Origin: Eledone cirrhosa
Lineage: Eukaryota
Assembly (NCBI GenBank): GCA_964016885.1
Contig: OZ024740.1
Span: forward strand, 255,502,001 to 255,566,000
DNA length: 64,000 bases
Reading direction: 5' to 3'
A program made the translations under genes and the position numbers. Shown here one piece after another: positions 38,890 to 53,650 of this stretch (its first letter is position 1; every line of letters starts with the position of its first letter). A model generated the notes under the pieces. That model saw nothing but the letters and a program-made list of their open reading frames with translations. It was not told the origin of the DNA and did no database searches.

Positions 38890-41456
38890 AATCATAGAGG
38901 AATTGAAGCAACGCATTGTAGCAAAGAGTGCCAAAATCAGGCGATACGAGAACAGAGTCAGTCAGTATAAACAGAACCGCATGTTCGACAACAACCAGAA
39001 GATGCTGTTTGGACAGCTTGAGGGGAAAGAAAGAGGCAACGACTTGATCCCTGGGGCGGAACAAGCTAAAACATTCTGGAGAGGAATATGGGAGCAGGAT
39101 GTTAGACACAATGCCCAGGCAGGGTGGATTGAGACAGTACAGAGGGAGATCGGTGAGCAGGCACAACAACAGACTGATTTGAGTATCACAGTTGAAACTC
39201 TTAAGGGGCAAGCCAAAAAACTAATCAACTAGAAATCACCAGGCCCAGATGGTGTGCAGGGGTATTGGATTAAACATTTAACATCCCTCCACCCGAAGCT
39301 GACGGCCATGTTCAATGACTGCTTGGTGTTGGGTGAGGTGCCAGAGTGGTTGACAAAAGGTACCACAGTTCTGATAATGAAAGACCGAATCAAGGGTAAT
39401 GATGTTACCAACTATAGACCTATCACATGTCTGCCCGTAATGTGGAAACTGTTGACGAGCATTGTGTCTGAGGAAATCTACCATCACCTCCACACAAACA
39501 ACTTGTTACCGGACGAACAGAAAGGATGCCGAAAGAAGTCACGTGGTACAAAGGACCAGTTGCTTATTGATAAGATGGTAATGGGGAATTGCAGGAGGAG
39601 ACACACTGATCTTGCCATGGGATGGATAGACTACAGAAAGGCATTTGACATGGTGCCTCATTCCTGGATCACCAAAAGCCTGGAGATCTTCAGGGTGGCA
39701 GATAACATCAGACAGTTGCTAGGCAGGAGTATGGGGTCCTGGGAGACAGAGTTGACATCAACTGGAGTATCCTTGGGAAGCGTGAAGATCAAGAGAGGTA
39801 TCTTCCAGGGAGATAGCCTGTCCCCTCTGTTGTTTGTCCTTGCCCTGATGCCCTTGACCATTATGCTGCGAAAAGTGAGAGCAGGATACAAGTTGGGAAG
39901 GGGAGAGCTTACCATCAATCACCTCCTCTTCATGGACGATCTTAAGCTCTTCGGGAAAAGTGAGAAGGAGTTGGATGTGCTTGTTGACACTGTCCGTATT
40001 TTCAGCAGTGATATATGTATGCAGTTTGGTATTGGTAAATGTGGAGTCATTGTGATGAAGAGGGGTAGGTTGAGCAGAAGTAACGGGATCCAGATACCAA
40101 CAGGTGAGATGATAAAGGAAATTGACTCTGAGGAAGGATACAAGTATTTGGGCGTTCTGGAGGCTGATGGCATAAAGAACAAAAAAATGAAGGAATTGTT
40201 AAGAACTGAATACATTCGGAGAGTAAGGAGCGTATTGAAGTCACATCTGAACAGCAGAAATGCCATAAGCGCAGTAAATTCCCGAGCTGTGTCTATTATT
40301 AGGTACAGTGCGGAAATTCTGAGATGGAATGTTGCTGAACAAAAAGAAATGGATAGGAAGACTAGGAAGCTATTGACTATCTACAACATGTTCCACAAGA
40401 GGAGTGATGTCGATAGACTCTACCTAAGGAGATCTGAGGGTGGAAGAGGTCTTATCAGCATAGAGGACTGTGTTCAGATGGAGAAAAACAACCTATACAA
40501 ATACGTGACCTATAGTAAGGAGCCAATGCTCAGAGCTGTACTGAAGGAGGGGACAGTAGGCCAGGGGATATCCAAGGAGGAAATAACATCAAGGAGGAAG
40601 AGCAGCCTTAAGGGAAAATCCCTTCATAGTACCTTCTTTGAGAAAACTGAATTTAGACATCCACAGACATGGAACTGGTTGAGAAGAGGAGACCTCAAAA
40701 AGGCTACAGAAGGAATGCTAATGGCTGCGCAGGAGCAGGCCCTCAAAACGAAGTGGTTGAAGCACCATATCTACAAGGAGGAGGCTAGCCCACTGTGCAG
40801 GATCTGTGGAGAGAGAGAGGAGACTGTGGCTCACATTGTGTCCGAGTGTAAACACCTAGCCCAGACCCACTATAAGGGCTGGAGACACGATGTGATGGGC
40901 AGGGTGATCCACTGGCACCTGTGCAAAGTAAACAATCTACCACATTCTGAGAAATGGTATGAGCATAGGCCAGAGGCGGTGATGGAGAACAGTCAGGTGA
41001 AGGTGCTGTGGGATTTTAGGATACAGACGGACAAAAAACTGGAACACAATAGACCTGACCTGGTGGTTGTGGACAAAGAAAAAAGATCGTGCCTGATTGT
41101 GGATGTGGCCTGCCCGTTCGACACGAGAGTGCAAGAGAAGGAGAGGGAGAAAATTAACCGATACCAGGACCTAAAGTGGGAGGTGAAAAGGATTTGGAAC
41201 TGCCATGAAGTCAAAGTGATCCCGATTGTCATAGGCGCACTGGGGACTATCTCCAAAGGTTTCCAGGGATGGTTAAAGAAAATCGGCCCCTTCACGCTTT
41301 TTGGAACGCTTCAAAAGGCATGCTTGCTTGGAACAGCAAGAACCCTCCGATACGTCCTGAATATCTGAGGCTGCAGGTAGTGGCTTGATATTCAATCCAA
41401 CGGACTTTCCAGTTAACCAACATCAATGACTGAGATTCAAGGAATAACAATAACAA
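38890..41456 (+). mobile_element. R4/Dong-like element copy 4, 5'-truncated; ORF 38903..41368 with one premature TAG at ~39230
   Basis: Same RT/CCHC/RLE motifs as copy 2. (TAA)n on both sides. Back-to-back with Tx1 copy 4. Confidence 0.93.
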
Positions 41457-41514
41457 TAATAATAATAATAATAATAATAATATTTAGACTTATATATACT
41501 CTATATATAATTAT

Positions 41515-41720
41515 AAACAGGAAGGGTCAGTAATTTATTACTACATTATTACCAGTAAGAAAAATAGATCAATGTAAATACATCAGATGATTTACACAGC
41601 CGGAATATAAATTACAGAATAATCAAAACTATGTTCAAAACATTTTATTGCTGACAATCGTATCTTCCAAACTTTCGTTTTGATTCATCGGAGCACTAGC
41701 AAAGTTTAGACATATAATTA
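41515..41720 (-). mobile_element. pLTR fragment related to PLE-A, with a degenerate hammerhead motif (41649..41695)
   Basis: The reverse complement matches ~21440-21620. tgct-CCGATGA..GATA-cgattg-TC-agca. Confidence 0.55.
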
Positions 41721-41769
41721 ACCTCCTATTCTACAGAACAATCGTAAAAATACAGATGTTAGCGTTTTG

Positions 41770-43625
41770 GGGGCGCAGACGTCTACTAGCTTGAAACATT
41801 GCCTTCGCTGCTGGTCACGTCCAGCACCACCGACTTATCTTCAGGGTCCAGGAAGATAGCCTGTATGGCGAGATCCAAGCCTCTCAGAAAAAGCACAGCA
41901 ACTCCTTCTCTCGCTCCCGGACGACTGGGAGATACGTATACATCGTAGCCGCTGACTATCGGTGCGAAGGCTCGTGTTTCGGAGATTCTGGTCTCGCTGA
42001 AGGCCACCACATCTATATTTAGTGACCTGAGGTCGTTGAGCAGGTGACCCTGCTTCCAAGATTACCCCAGGCCACGTACATTTATACTGCCTATTCAAAG
42101 TACGGCCATGCTGGATGAGGAAACGGGGTGAGTGAGAAAGGATCACATACCTTGATCGTGTGGGGAAGAGACAGTAGAACCGTCTCTTTGGCTGGTCATG
42201 GGTGTTTCCAAGAGGATATCATTGTATATCCTCTTGGTAACCGACCCTCTGAAGTTCCAACTGCGTTGGGGAATTTTTGTTTTAAAAGTTTGTACTGTTC
42301 TATTTTGATATCAATGATGCTTATGTTTGTTGGGAGAGTTCTTGGTGTTGGTGGGGTGAAGTAGTTTTTCTCTGTGATGTCTGTGTGCTGCTTTATATGT
42401 TGTATGAGTTCTTTATTTGCCATGTTTATGGCTGTATACTTTTTTGGGGGAGAGATGATTTTGTTGCTCTTTTCTTGTTACTGCCGTTGGGTGTGTGTGT
42501 TTTGTTGTGTTTGTGTTGTTGGTGTTTTTGGTGATACTGGTGGTGGTGTGGTTGTTGTTAGCGGTGGTGCTTGTGGTGGTCTTGCTGCAAGTCTCCTTGC
42601 ACCCTTTTCCCCTCTTTGTGTGCCTTCACTTTTGGAGGGTGAAGCTAAGGGTTTTTTTTTTGTTTTTTTGTGGCAGACCTTTTGCCACTTCACTCCCGCC
42701 TCAGACTCCATGTTGGAGTCCATGGCATCTGGCAGAGGTATGTGCTCCACGGCTGTTGGTGGTGGTAGTGAATCCCTCTCCGGCGATTTTTTGCTGGTGC
42801 AACTACTGGTGTTGCCGCCACTGATGCTGCTGCTTTAGTTGTCCGTGGCTTTGGTACGGGTGCCACGGACGTTGCCCTCCTACTCACCGTGGAAGGGGCT
42901 TCTGGGTTTGTTGCCTGTCCTGCTCTTGGTAGCAGCGGACCAGGTTGGGGCCTTCTTTTTCGCTGTCTTCTGAGATGACCCATTGACCCACAGAGATAAC
43001 ATTTTGGCCGTCTTCCTTCTGCGCTTATAGGGAGTTGGAGTCCTTCCTCGATGTCTATGATATCGGGGATAGCGTCGATACATTCCCGGTCAGTTTATAT
43101 AAGCATTTGCATGCCTATATCTGACCAGTTCTCTCTCCCTATTATCTCTACTTGCAGCATGCTCATCCTGTCCTCGATTCCAGGAAGAACAGACGAGGCC
43201 AGCCAAGGTATGGGCACGTTGGGTGGGACCTGGGTCACTTTGACCCTCACAATTTTCGGCCCGCAGTAGGAGGGCACAAGACTATCTCTTCACTCTTTAG
43301 GGTTTCCAAAGAGTGAGACTTTGCTTCCGGGGGGGGGGGGGGCAAAATGTACGTCTACTGTGGCGTACTTTCTGCTTCAGGTGATGTGAGTTTTGCGTGC
43401 CTTGAGGCACCCGAAGGCCTTTTAGATTTTAGCCTCCGTGGCTCTCTCCACCCGATGTGAGATTTTGCTTACCGTGCGGTAAGTCACCGTCCGTAGCTGC
43501 TGGTCCTTGAAAAAATCGGGTGGAGGTTTCAGGTAGACTCTATTGGCGCTTCTTGTCACCTTGCGATTGCCATCCCCTTTTTCTGTGACTAACACTGTTT
43601 CGATATTTCGGGCGACTCCCAGTAA
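41770..43625 (-). mobile_element. Decayed Tx1 copy 5: third ORF1 variant plus start of APE
   Basis: PSYCGPKIVRVKVTQVPP..IPWLA (ORF1) and SETRISE..IFLDPE (APE); many frameshifts. Confidence 0.82.
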
Positions 43626-43759
43626 AGGGGTGCCGTATTATTTACGAGTGAACCCCTGTATTAGCTGGGTCACTTCTTCTAAATTTTATCAAGTTTAAAA
43701 CTTGAATAAAAGGTTTAGAACCGTTGAAAACGAGGTAAACTGTTGAGAAAAAATAATAA

Positions 43760-44379
43760 TGCTTTCTTTATTAACCACAAAGGTTTACATAAAGTAGACA
43801 TTAAGGACAGTACAGGACAAAACAGGACGGTACAAATGGGCATTTCTGCGTGTAAAAAGCAAAAATAGAGGATGTAACAAAAAAATAAAAATGAAAAATT
43901 CCCCAATACGGGGGAGACTTCCGAGGGACATTCGTGGAGAAAGCCCATTAAAAAGCTACAGTGACCCTGACCACCAGGGCAAGTGCCCTTTCCAAGTTTT
44001 CCACCTTTAATTTACAGACACATACTCAGAGTAGGCCCATTCACTCGGGCCATTCTTGCTTCTCTCACCCATCTTTCAACAAAATGCTGGGAAGAGAGCA
44101 CTTCCCTCTCTACCCTGATTTTCTTTTTCAAATGAAATTTGAAAAAGTTAATCAGAGCATCACTGAAGAGGTAAGTGCTCGTCTTTAGCCCTTTCAAACG
44201 TGTCCACCATACTATCTCTTTCGCCATGGCCACGCGGCAGATAAAAACTGCTTGCCCTTCCCGCCTAAAGGAAGAGGGCGGGGCAATCTTCACGATGGAC
44301 TCAGCTGATAGCTGGATCCGTCCTACATGCGACAGCAGGTGTTTGACAAAAACCCACAAGTCAGCTATGCTCGGACACA
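43760..44379 (-). mobile_element. 5'-truncated Tx1 copy 6 (ORF2 C-terminus plus 3' UTR)
   Basis: ORF 44380..44012 matches the ORF2 end. Ends AATAAAGAAAGC ATTATTATT. Confidence 0.9.
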
Positions 44380-44519
44380 TGTTTTCTATTTAATTTTGGT
44401 TGGAGTTCATTTATGTTTATTGCCTCTGTGATTTGTCTAAACATTGCGCCTTTTCTGTGTGTAGATTCTATTTTTATTTCTATGTTCTATAATTTACCCT
44501 TATGTTCTATTTTAGCATA

Positions 44520-45290
44520 TTGGTAGAGTACAGATGATTATTTACTATCTTGAAGCTCTCGCCAGTGTTCATTTATCCGTTCTCCTATACTACGAGCTGT
44601 CTCACCTATGTACACTATATTCTTATTTCTACATTGTCCTTCAGTACATCTTATGCTATTTACTACATTTCTAGTTTTACAGTTAATATGGGGGCTTAGT
44701 TTACAGATTATACATTTCTTATCTATAGAGGGAGGTCTTTGATAAATGAACAAAGGCGAGAGTTTCAAGATCAGCCCTTCAGATAGCTATTTCCATTCTA
44801 TAATATGTAAAGTCTCACAGTTTGTAAATATATAGCATTTTGGAGAGGTGAATATTTAAATCGTATTTTAATTTATTTAAAAGGTTGTTTAATGTTTGCT
44901 TGGACCGCTCATCTCAATTATATATATATACAATAAAGTATGTCCATAGAATCATTTGATAAAATATATACACCATTTCCTCTCACAATCAGCATAATCA
45001 ACCACACAAAAACCAATTAAACCAGGCTATAAGATTAAAAGACACCTATGAAGAAATAATAGATAAATAAACGACAGCTATCTATTAGCGATCAACAGCC
45101 ATAGAATATTTACCCAGCATTTCCAATAGCACGTGGGAATCGATTAAATATATCGTCAACCATACACAATTACGTATAAAATCAAAGTTAGAAGAATAAA
45201 CATACCAAAATTACGTTTCTACCCCATTCGCTTTTGGAAATATCCAATCAAGGATAAATTCACGAGCTTCGAAATCATCAGGAAACAAAC
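44520..45290 (-). pseudogene. Old PLE remnant (zinc finger plus GIY-YIG; possible RT traces)
   Basis: KCIICK..CKTRNVV..C..YIGETARSIGERINEH in 44768..44538. Confidence 0.6.
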
Positions 45291-45403
45291 CCACTATATA
45301 TATATATATATATATAGTAATAATAATAAATTTGAAGACTAAAATCCAAAGAGGGCTCGATAAGGATAAATATATATCAAATATATAAGAACCGTAGAGC
45401 AAA

Positions 45404-46862
45404 TATTTATTAAAATAACAGATTAAGTTTAAGCAAAGAATCGATGCTTTCACCCATAACGGGATCTTCTGAAACGAACAAAGTCAATATGTGAACGCAG
45501 AAGTAAATATTTCAAAAAAACGTTGCAACCGGAGGAACACAAGAAGACGATACATTGGTTCGTGGAAACATTCCCTGGCAAAGAACGGGAAAAAAACGAA
45601 TATAATATGTCATTATTCGGAGTGGTGAAAAACAATTACACGCAAAGAAAAAACCAGGTTTATGGTATAACAGAAGTCGTAGACTAATATTCTCTTAGGT
45701 GGGTCATAGAGACGTTCTTTGGCAATGAACGGAAAAAACGAAGATGATAGTCATATGTGGAGCGGGGAGAACAATTACACACAAAGACAAAACCACACAA
45801 ATGGTATAACTGAAGTCGTAGACTAAAATTCTAACTAGAAAACCGAATGATTCTCAGCTTCAGAATTAAGAATAAAGTAAATAAAATACAGAGGCCATTG
45901 TAATTAAATGAATACATACAGGCATCCATATACGTACATACACAAGCAAACGCGAAAACGCTCGCCATAGGTATACAAATACACGCACGTACACAAAAAA
46001 AAAACCAGCACGCACATACAGAACCGACGCAACGCCTGTACACGCACGTATACGAATGTATACACCAAATACACATAAAATATATATATAAAAAAATATA
46101 TATATATATGTGTGTGTGTGTGTGCGTGTATACATATAATTAATTAAACGTATATAAATAAATAAATACGTATATAACAAGCGCACACACATACCTATAT
46201 GTAAATACACATATGTTCGGAGACGCATGTACGTCTCTGAACACATTTTTTATTTTTATTTATTTTTTGTGTGTGTACGTGCGTGTATTTGTATACCTAT
46301 GGCGAGCGTTTTCGCGTTTGCTTGTGTATGTACGTATATGGATGTCTGTATGTATTTATTTAATTACAATGGCATCTGTATTTTATTTACTTTATTCTTA
46401 ATTCTGAAGCCGAGAATCATTCGGTTTTCTAGTTAGAATTTTAGTCTACGACTTCAGTTATACCATTTACGTGGTTTTGTCTTTGCGTGTAATTGTTCTC
46501 CCCGCTCCACATATGACGTATCATTTTCGTTTTTTCCGTTCATTGCCAGAGAACTTCTCTATGAACCACGTAATAGAATATTAGTCTACGACTTCTTTTA
46601 TACCATAAACCTGGTTTTGTCTTTGCGTGTAATTGTTTTTCACCGGTCCAAATAATGACGTATTATATTCGTTTTTCCCCGTTCTTTGCCAGGGAACGTT
46701 TCCACGAACCAAAGTATCGTCTTCCTGTCTTCCTCCGGTTGCAAAGTTTTTTGAAATATTTACTTCTGCGTTCACAGATTGACTTTGTTAGTTTCAGAAG
46801 ATCCCGTTAAGGGTGTAAGCAGCAATTCGTTGCTTAAACTTTAATCTGTTATTTTAATAAAT
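45404..46862. repeat. Non-coding inverted repeat, ~600 bp arms and ~260 bp spacer, each arm with an internal ~140 bp tandem unit
   Basis: ~45404..46000 is a diverged reverse complement of ~46264..46862. A 60 bp tandem duplication follows (46836-46957). Confidence 0.88.
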
Positions 46863-47001
46863 AATTTATATATATATATAAATATGTTGATTTAAAACTT
46901 TAATCTGTTATTTTAATAAATAATTTATATATATATATAAATATGTTGATTTAAAACTGCACTATCCACAAGTATTTTTTAGCCTTCATATCATGTCCTC
47001 C

Positions 47002-47072
47002 TGTTTTATCTGATGAAAACACAAATATTATTGCATGATGATGTTTGTTTTTGAAATGCGCATAATAAAATA
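47002..47072 (+). ncRNA. Type I hammerhead ribozyme in a solo pLTR-like fragment
   Basis: tgttttat-CTGATGA-aaac..gttttt-GAAA-tgcgca-TA-ataaaata; same stem I family as PLE-B but a different palindrome in stem III. Confidence 0.78.
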
Positions 47073-47100
47073 CATGGAACTCCTTTAACCATCTTTTGAT

Positions 47101-47143
<43 letters not shown>

Positions 47144-47944
47144 GGAAATCAGTAAAATCGAATCTCTGGCGGTTTGCAAGTAAATTCAGCCTACTTATAT
47201 GAAGTGATGAGTTAGCAAAGCACTCGATAAGGTAGGGCCTTAGAGTAATAACATACGTTTAAATAGCTTGACAAATCGAACATTGTGGTAGGCTAAACTA
47301 ACACACAACACATACCAAAGTAACGATAGAACTAATCGGGTTCAGAAAAGTACACCTGGACCAATCAAACGAACAATCGTTTAAAGTGTTTCTTTGAATC
47401 CGAAATCAAATGTCAGACTTACTTGAAAGGCAAGCTCATGGTATTGGTGATCGAACGTAGGATTCAGTTTATCAACAGGTTTATCGTACTTCCTAGGATC
47501 ATATATATAAATATAAATAAATATATATATATATTTATATATATATTGGTAAACGGAATAGAAAATGCTGACAAATTGTTCACAGTTGAAAAATGGTTTA
47601 ATTAGGAATAAAAGAGTATTAGTGATTGTATGGGTTAGTATTCAGTTGTGGTTTTAAGTTTTTAAGTTTTTACCGGTTGCGCATTTCTAAATGCTTTTCA
47701 AAAATAATTTTGAGATAGAGTGTCCGTGCTGTTTGCTCTGATATGATTAGCAAAACAATTTTGATTGGTCGGTAGAGGTCATGTGAATGTAAAAAATTGA
47801 TTTTGCGCCAAGACTGTTTTTATGTTAAAAAAGTGGCTCCAGCAAAAATTCTTGTGGTCAAAACAATTTTGATTGGTCGGTAGAGATCATGTGAATAAAA
47901 AATTGGTTTTGCGCCAAGATTGAGAAATGACTCTTTCACAACAA

Positions 47945-48040
<96 letters not shown>

Positions 48041-48109
48041 TAGTAGTAGTAAGGTGTTCGATGTTGTGATAATGGTTAGCAGCGATGTGTGTCAAATGGC
48101 TATTAAGAT

Positions 48110-48181
<72 letters not shown>

Positions 48182-48292
48182 CAGAGTAATTCATGGTGGC
48201 AGGGATGGTCAGTAAGATATTTTGGTCAAAAGATATTTTTCAGCTTTTGTCTTATACGGAGAAGTGCGTGTGTGTGTGTGTAATACATATAT

Positions 48293-48426
<134 letters not shown>

Positions 48427-48566
48427 TACATACATATATGCACATATATTTTTTTGTGTTGCACCATAGATCATGTGTGTTTACGTATGTCATTGTGTTT
48501 ATATGTGGGTAGAGATGTGTGCTGATGTAGGTATGTATGTTGACGTGTGTATGTTGTGGGTTCGTC

Positions 48567-50154
48567 TTAGGTAGAAGTGTTTAGACGGGGTCCGTATTTG
48601 TTAATGAAGTAAGATTCCTTGCTGATGCGCTGGGTGTGGGTGGCATTATCTTTAAATTTGTAGAGGGGAAAGATTCTGAAGTTGGGATGATTTGGGGCGG
48701 CACAGGTATCAATGTGTTCACTCAGTGGTATTTTCCTGTATTCCCGTATTTTGATTTGGGATCTATGGACAGTCATGCGTTGGCGGAGGCTGATTTTGGT
48801 CTGGCCTATGTATTGTTCTCGACAACCTGAACAAGTTAATACATATATTAGATTTTCCGATGCACATGTGAAATTGTGTTTTACTATAAAACGTTGTCCA
48901 TCTTTGAAATAGAATTCCGAACCCTCTATTAGGTTGATCCAAATGCCACAGTTGGGTCTATCGCATTTTTTTTACTGTGGGTTTCGTTGTTGTGGTTGGC
49001 AGTACTTTGGCATGTGTTAAGATGTTTTTCATTGACTTGGATTGTCTTTTGCTCTTTATGATATCATGTGTTCGTAGAATTTGGTTCATTCTATGGTCCT
49101 TTTTCAATACAGGGATGTTCTGGAGGATGGTGTCAAAGGCCTCACTGTTGAGGGGGTTGTGTGTGGAGATGTATGGAAGAGCTTTTAGTTTTGGTTGATT
49201 TACTTTAGGGTGTCTAAGGTCCTGGGTACTGAGTTTTAGGGCACGTTGGATTCCATTGTCAATTAGTGATGCAGGGTAGTCCCTGCCTATGAGTGTGTCC
49301 TTTAGTTCTTGTAGCCGTAAGTAGCAGATGTTTTTATTGGAGACTATAGTACAGATTCTCTTGGCTAAGTTGTAGGGAATATTAATTTTAACGTGTCTAG
49401 GGTGGCAAGAGTTGAAGGGGAGATATTGCTTGGAGTCTGTGGGCTTGTAGTATATGTCTGTTTCTATTTTTTTGTTATGGATCTTAATGAGGATGTCGAG
49501 GAAGGGGAGTTGTTGATGGCTGTATTCCATCGTGAAGTTAATATTTGTGTTGAGCCCATTTATAAGGGTGTGAAATTCTTTAAGTTTTTCGATGTTTTCG
49601 TGCCAAAGGATGAAGTAGTCATCTAGATATCGCTTCCAGTTCCTTTCAATGTGTAAGTGGAGGGTGTTTCCAAATTTGTTTAGGACTTTAGTGTAGAGGG
49701 TGATTTCCAGGTATCCCATGACTAGGTTGGCATAAGTGGGGGCTGTTTTCGTTCCCATAGCGGTCCCAGATTTCTGCCTGTAGGGTTTGTTATTGAAAAC
49801 GAAGTAATTGTTCTCCAAGATAAATTTGAGTCCCTCTATCACGAATTCTTTTTTGATGCGTTGTGGGAGTTCATTGTGGAAATTGTCCAGCCAGAATTGG
49901 ATAGCTTCTATTTCTAGGTTGTGGGGGATGTTGGAGTATAGGTTGACTACATCGAACGTCACTAGTAGGGTTTGTTCAGAAAGTGGCATATTAGGGAGGT
50001 GATTGAGCATATCTAGGTCGTCCCTTATATAGCTTTTGATGTGCTTGAGGAAGGGTTTGAGAAGGGTATCAATGAAGTTGCTAAGACGGTGCGTTTCGCA
50101 AGCGGGGCCTGCTATTATAGGTCTTAATTTGAGATCATTGGGTGAGGGGACATT
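48567..50154 (-). pseudogene. Inverted 5'-truncated copy of the PLE-C ORF, frameshift near 48970
   Basis: 50010..48958 and 48776..48567 are near-identical to the + copy. Confidence 0.92.
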
Positions 50155-50217
50155 ATCAACTTACTCTCCAAAGGTCTTAAATTCACACCGACCCCACTAC
50201 GTCCTAACTACTATGAA

Positions 50218-52365
50218 ATGAAGGAAGACATCACAGACTTCTGTAGAAACTTACGACTTAGTGAACAACTATTCGACCAGTACAATGAGGATGAATCATT
50301 AGCCAGAAATAGAAGCAATTACACCCCTTCAAAAGGTAGAAATAAAATCCTGGACGAATTCTGTGAACACATCACAAACTTCCCTTACCAACACTTGCGC
50401 AGACAAAAACACAAGCCAAACCTCAACAAGAAAGAATGGGAAGAATTAAATAGATTAAAAACCGACAGAACCATTACAATTAAAGAGGCTGATAAAGGGA
50501 GTACAGTAGTCCTAATGGAGACAGAATTCTATATCAACTTAGCGCTCTCCACTTTGGAAAACGAAACATACTACGAAAAGGCTGAACACTACAATCAACA
50601 GAAAATTATGAGAAACCTAAAAACTCTAATCAACCAATACAAAGAAGGACTCACTAACAAGGAATTCAGCTTCATCACAGACTTCACAAGTAAATCCAGC
50701 CTTTTCTACGGTATCCCTAAAGTACATAAAAGCGAATCAATAAGTAAGGCATGCAAGGAAGCCACAGACATAGTCATCAATGTCCCCTCACCCAATGATC
50801 TCAAATTAAGACCTATAATAGCAGGCCCCGCTTGCGAAACGCACCGTCTTAGCAACTTCATTGATACCCTTCTCAAACCCTTCCTCAAGCACATCAAAAG
50901 CTATATAAGGGACGACCTAGATATGCTCAATCACCTCCCTAATATGCCACTTTCTGAACAAACCCTACTAGTGACGTTCGATGTAGTCAACCTATACTCC
51001 AACATCCCCCACAACCTAGGAATAGAAGCTATCCAATTCTGGCTGGACAATTTCCACAATGAACTCCCACAACGCATCAAAAAAGAATTCGTGATAGAGG
51101 GACTCAAATTTATCTTGGAGAACAATTACTTCGTTTTCAATAACAAACCCTACAGGCAGAAATCTGGGACCGCTATGGGAACGAAAACAGCCCCCACTTA
51201 TGCCAACCTAGTCATGGGATACCTGGAAATCACCCTCTACACTAAAGTCCTAAACAAATTTGGAAACACCCTCCACTTACACATTGAAAGGAACTGGAAG
51301 CGATATCTAGATGACTGCTTCATCCTTTGGCACGAAAACATCGAAAAACTTAAAGAATTTCACACCCTTATAAATGGGCTCAACACAAATATTAACTTCA
51401 CGATGGAATACAGACATCAACAACTCCCCTTCCTCGACATCCTCATTAAGATCCATAACAATAAAATAGAAACAGACATATACTACAAGCCCGCAGACTC
51501 CAAGCAATATTTCCCCTTCAACTCTTGCCACCCTAGACACGTTAAAATTAATATTCCCTACAACTTAGCCAAGAGAATCTGTACTATAGTCTCCAATAAA
51601 AACATCTGCTACTTACGGCTACAAGAACTAAAGGACGCACTCATAGGCAGGGACTACACTGCATCACTAATTGACAATGGAATCCAACGTGCCCTAAAAC
51701 TCAGTACCAAGGACCTTAGACACCCTAAAGTAAATCAACCAAAACTAAAAGCTCTTCCATACATCTCCACACACAACCCCCTCAACAATGAGGCCTTTGA
51801 CACCATCCTCCAGAACATCCCTGTATTGAAAGAGGACCATAGAATGAACCAAATTCTACGAACACATGATATCATAAAGAGCAAAAGACAATCCAAGTCA
51901 ATGAAAAACATCTTAACACATGCCAAAGTACTGCCAACCACAACAACGAAACCCACAGTAAAAAAATGCGATAGACCCAACTGTGGCATTTGCATCAACC
52001 TAATAGAGGGTTCGGAATTCTATTTCAAAGATGGAGAACGTTTTATAGTAAAACACAATTTCACATGTGCATCGGAAAATCTAATATATGTATTAACTTG
52101 TTCAGGTTGTCGAGAACAATACATAGGCCAGACCAAAAACAGCCTCCGCCAACGCATGACTGTCCATAGATCCCAAATCAAAATACGGGAATACAGGAAA
52201 ATACCACTGAGTGAACACATTGATACCTGTGCCGCCCCAAATCATCCCAACTTCATAATCTTTCCCCTCTACAAATTTAAAGATAATGCCGCCCACACCC
52301 AGCGCATCAGCAAGGAATCTTACTTCATTAACAAATACGGACCCCGTCTAAACACTTCTCCCTAA
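50218..52365 (+). CDS. PLE RT plus zinc finger plus GIY-YIG endonuclease, uninterrupted (open from ~50152)
   Basis: LSKGLKFTPTP in frame upstream, [59 protein letters not shown]. Confidence 0.93.
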   Translation: MKEDITDFCRNLRLSEQLFDQYNEDESLARNRSNYTPSKGRNKILDEFCEHITNFPYQHLRRQKHKPNLNKKEWEELNRLKTDRTITIKEADKGSTVVLMETEFYINLALSTLENETYYEKAEHYNQQKIMRNLKTLINQYKEGLTNKEFSFITDFTSKSSLFYGIPKVHKSESISKACKEATDIVINVPSPNDLKLRPIIAGPACETHRLSNFIDTLLKPFLKHIKSYIRDDLDMLNHLPNMPLSEQTLLVTFDVVNLYSNIPHNLGIEAIQFWLDNFHNELPQRIKKEFVIEGLKFILENNYFVFNNKPYRQKSGTAMGTKTAPTYANLVMGYLEITLYTKVLNKFGNTLHLHIERNWKRYLDDCFILWHENIEKLKEFHTLINGLNTNINFTMEYRHQQLPFLDILIKIHNNKIETDIYYKPADSKQYFPFNSCHPRHVKINIPYNLAKRICTIVSNKNICYLRLQELKDALIGRDYTASLIDNGIQRALKLSTKDLRHPKVNQPKLKALPYISTHNPLNNEAFDTILQNIPVLKEDHRMNQILRTHDIIKSKRQSKSMKNILTHAKVLPTTTTKPTVKKCDRPNCGICINLIEGSEFYFKDGERFIVKHNFTCASENLIYVLTCSGCREQYIGQTKNSLRQRMTVHRSQIKIREYRKIPLSEHIDTCAAPNHPNFIIFPLYKFKDNAAHTQRISKESYFINKYGPRLNTSP

Positions 52366-52493
52366 GACGAACCCACAACATACACACGTCAACATACATA
52401 CCTACATCAGCACACATCTCTACCCACATATAAACACAATGACATACGTAAACACACATGCTCTATGGTGCAACACACAAAAATATATGTGCA

Positions 52494-52571
<78 letters not shown>

Positions 52572-52920
52572 ATATATGTATGTGTATATATATATAGTGA
52601 ATATCATTTCACACCTTTTATTGTTAAGATTTTTGATGTTCTATTAAGAGAACCGATTTTACTGAAAAAATCGAATAATGTACACCATTTTACCAGGGGG
52701 AAAAAAATACTGGTCCACCCCCACACAGACACACACACACACACATATATACACACACACATACATCAACATACAAAGAGACTTATATACACACACACAC
52801 ACACACGCACTTCTCCGTATAAGACAAAAGCTGAAAAATATCTTTTGCTATGCTAAAATACCCCCCATTGCTTTCAGACACATTCTTACTGACCATCCCT
52901 GCCACCATGAATTACTCTGC

Positions 52921-53001
<81 letters not shown>

Positions 53002-53070
53002 ATCTTAATATGCATTTGACACACATCGCTGCTAACCATTATCACAACATTAAACACCTTACTACTAATA

Positions 53071-53110
<40 letters not shown>

Positions 53111-53608
53111 TTGTTGTGAAAGAGTCATTTCTCAATCTTGGCGCAAAACCAATTTTTTATTCACATGACCTCTACCGACCAATCAAAATTGTTTTGACCA
53201 CAAGAATTTTTGCTGGAGCCACTTTTTTAACATAAAAACAGTCTTGGCGCAAAATCAATTTTTTACATTCACATGACCTCTACCGACCAATCAAAATTGT
53301 TTTGACCACAAGAATTTTTGCAAATTGGAGCCACTTTTTTAACATAAAAACAGGTAGAATTCCCAAAACTAATCAGATTAGAGCAAACAGCACGGACACT
53401 CTATCTCAAAATTATTTTTGAAAAGCATTTAGAAATGCGCAACCGGTAAAAACTTAAAAACTTAAAACCACAACTGAATACTAACCCATACAATCACTAA
53501 TACTCTTTTATTCCTAATTAAACCATTTTTCAACTGTGAACAATTTGTCAGCATTTTCTATTCCGTTTACCAATATATAATAACTTGTGTGTTACACCTC
53601 TATTCTTT

Positions 53609-53647
<39 letters not shown>

Positions 53648-53650
<3 letters not shown>

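Noticed and set aside
45560-45835. Spaced repeats as a CRISPR array (also 53138-53350)
   Set aside because: Only two or three long degenerate tandem units, no unique spacers, no cas genes, eukaryotic context.
53415-53450. GAAA-tgcgca in the PLE-C tail as a hammerhead
   Set aside because: No CUGANGA box and no NUH plus stem I arrangement.
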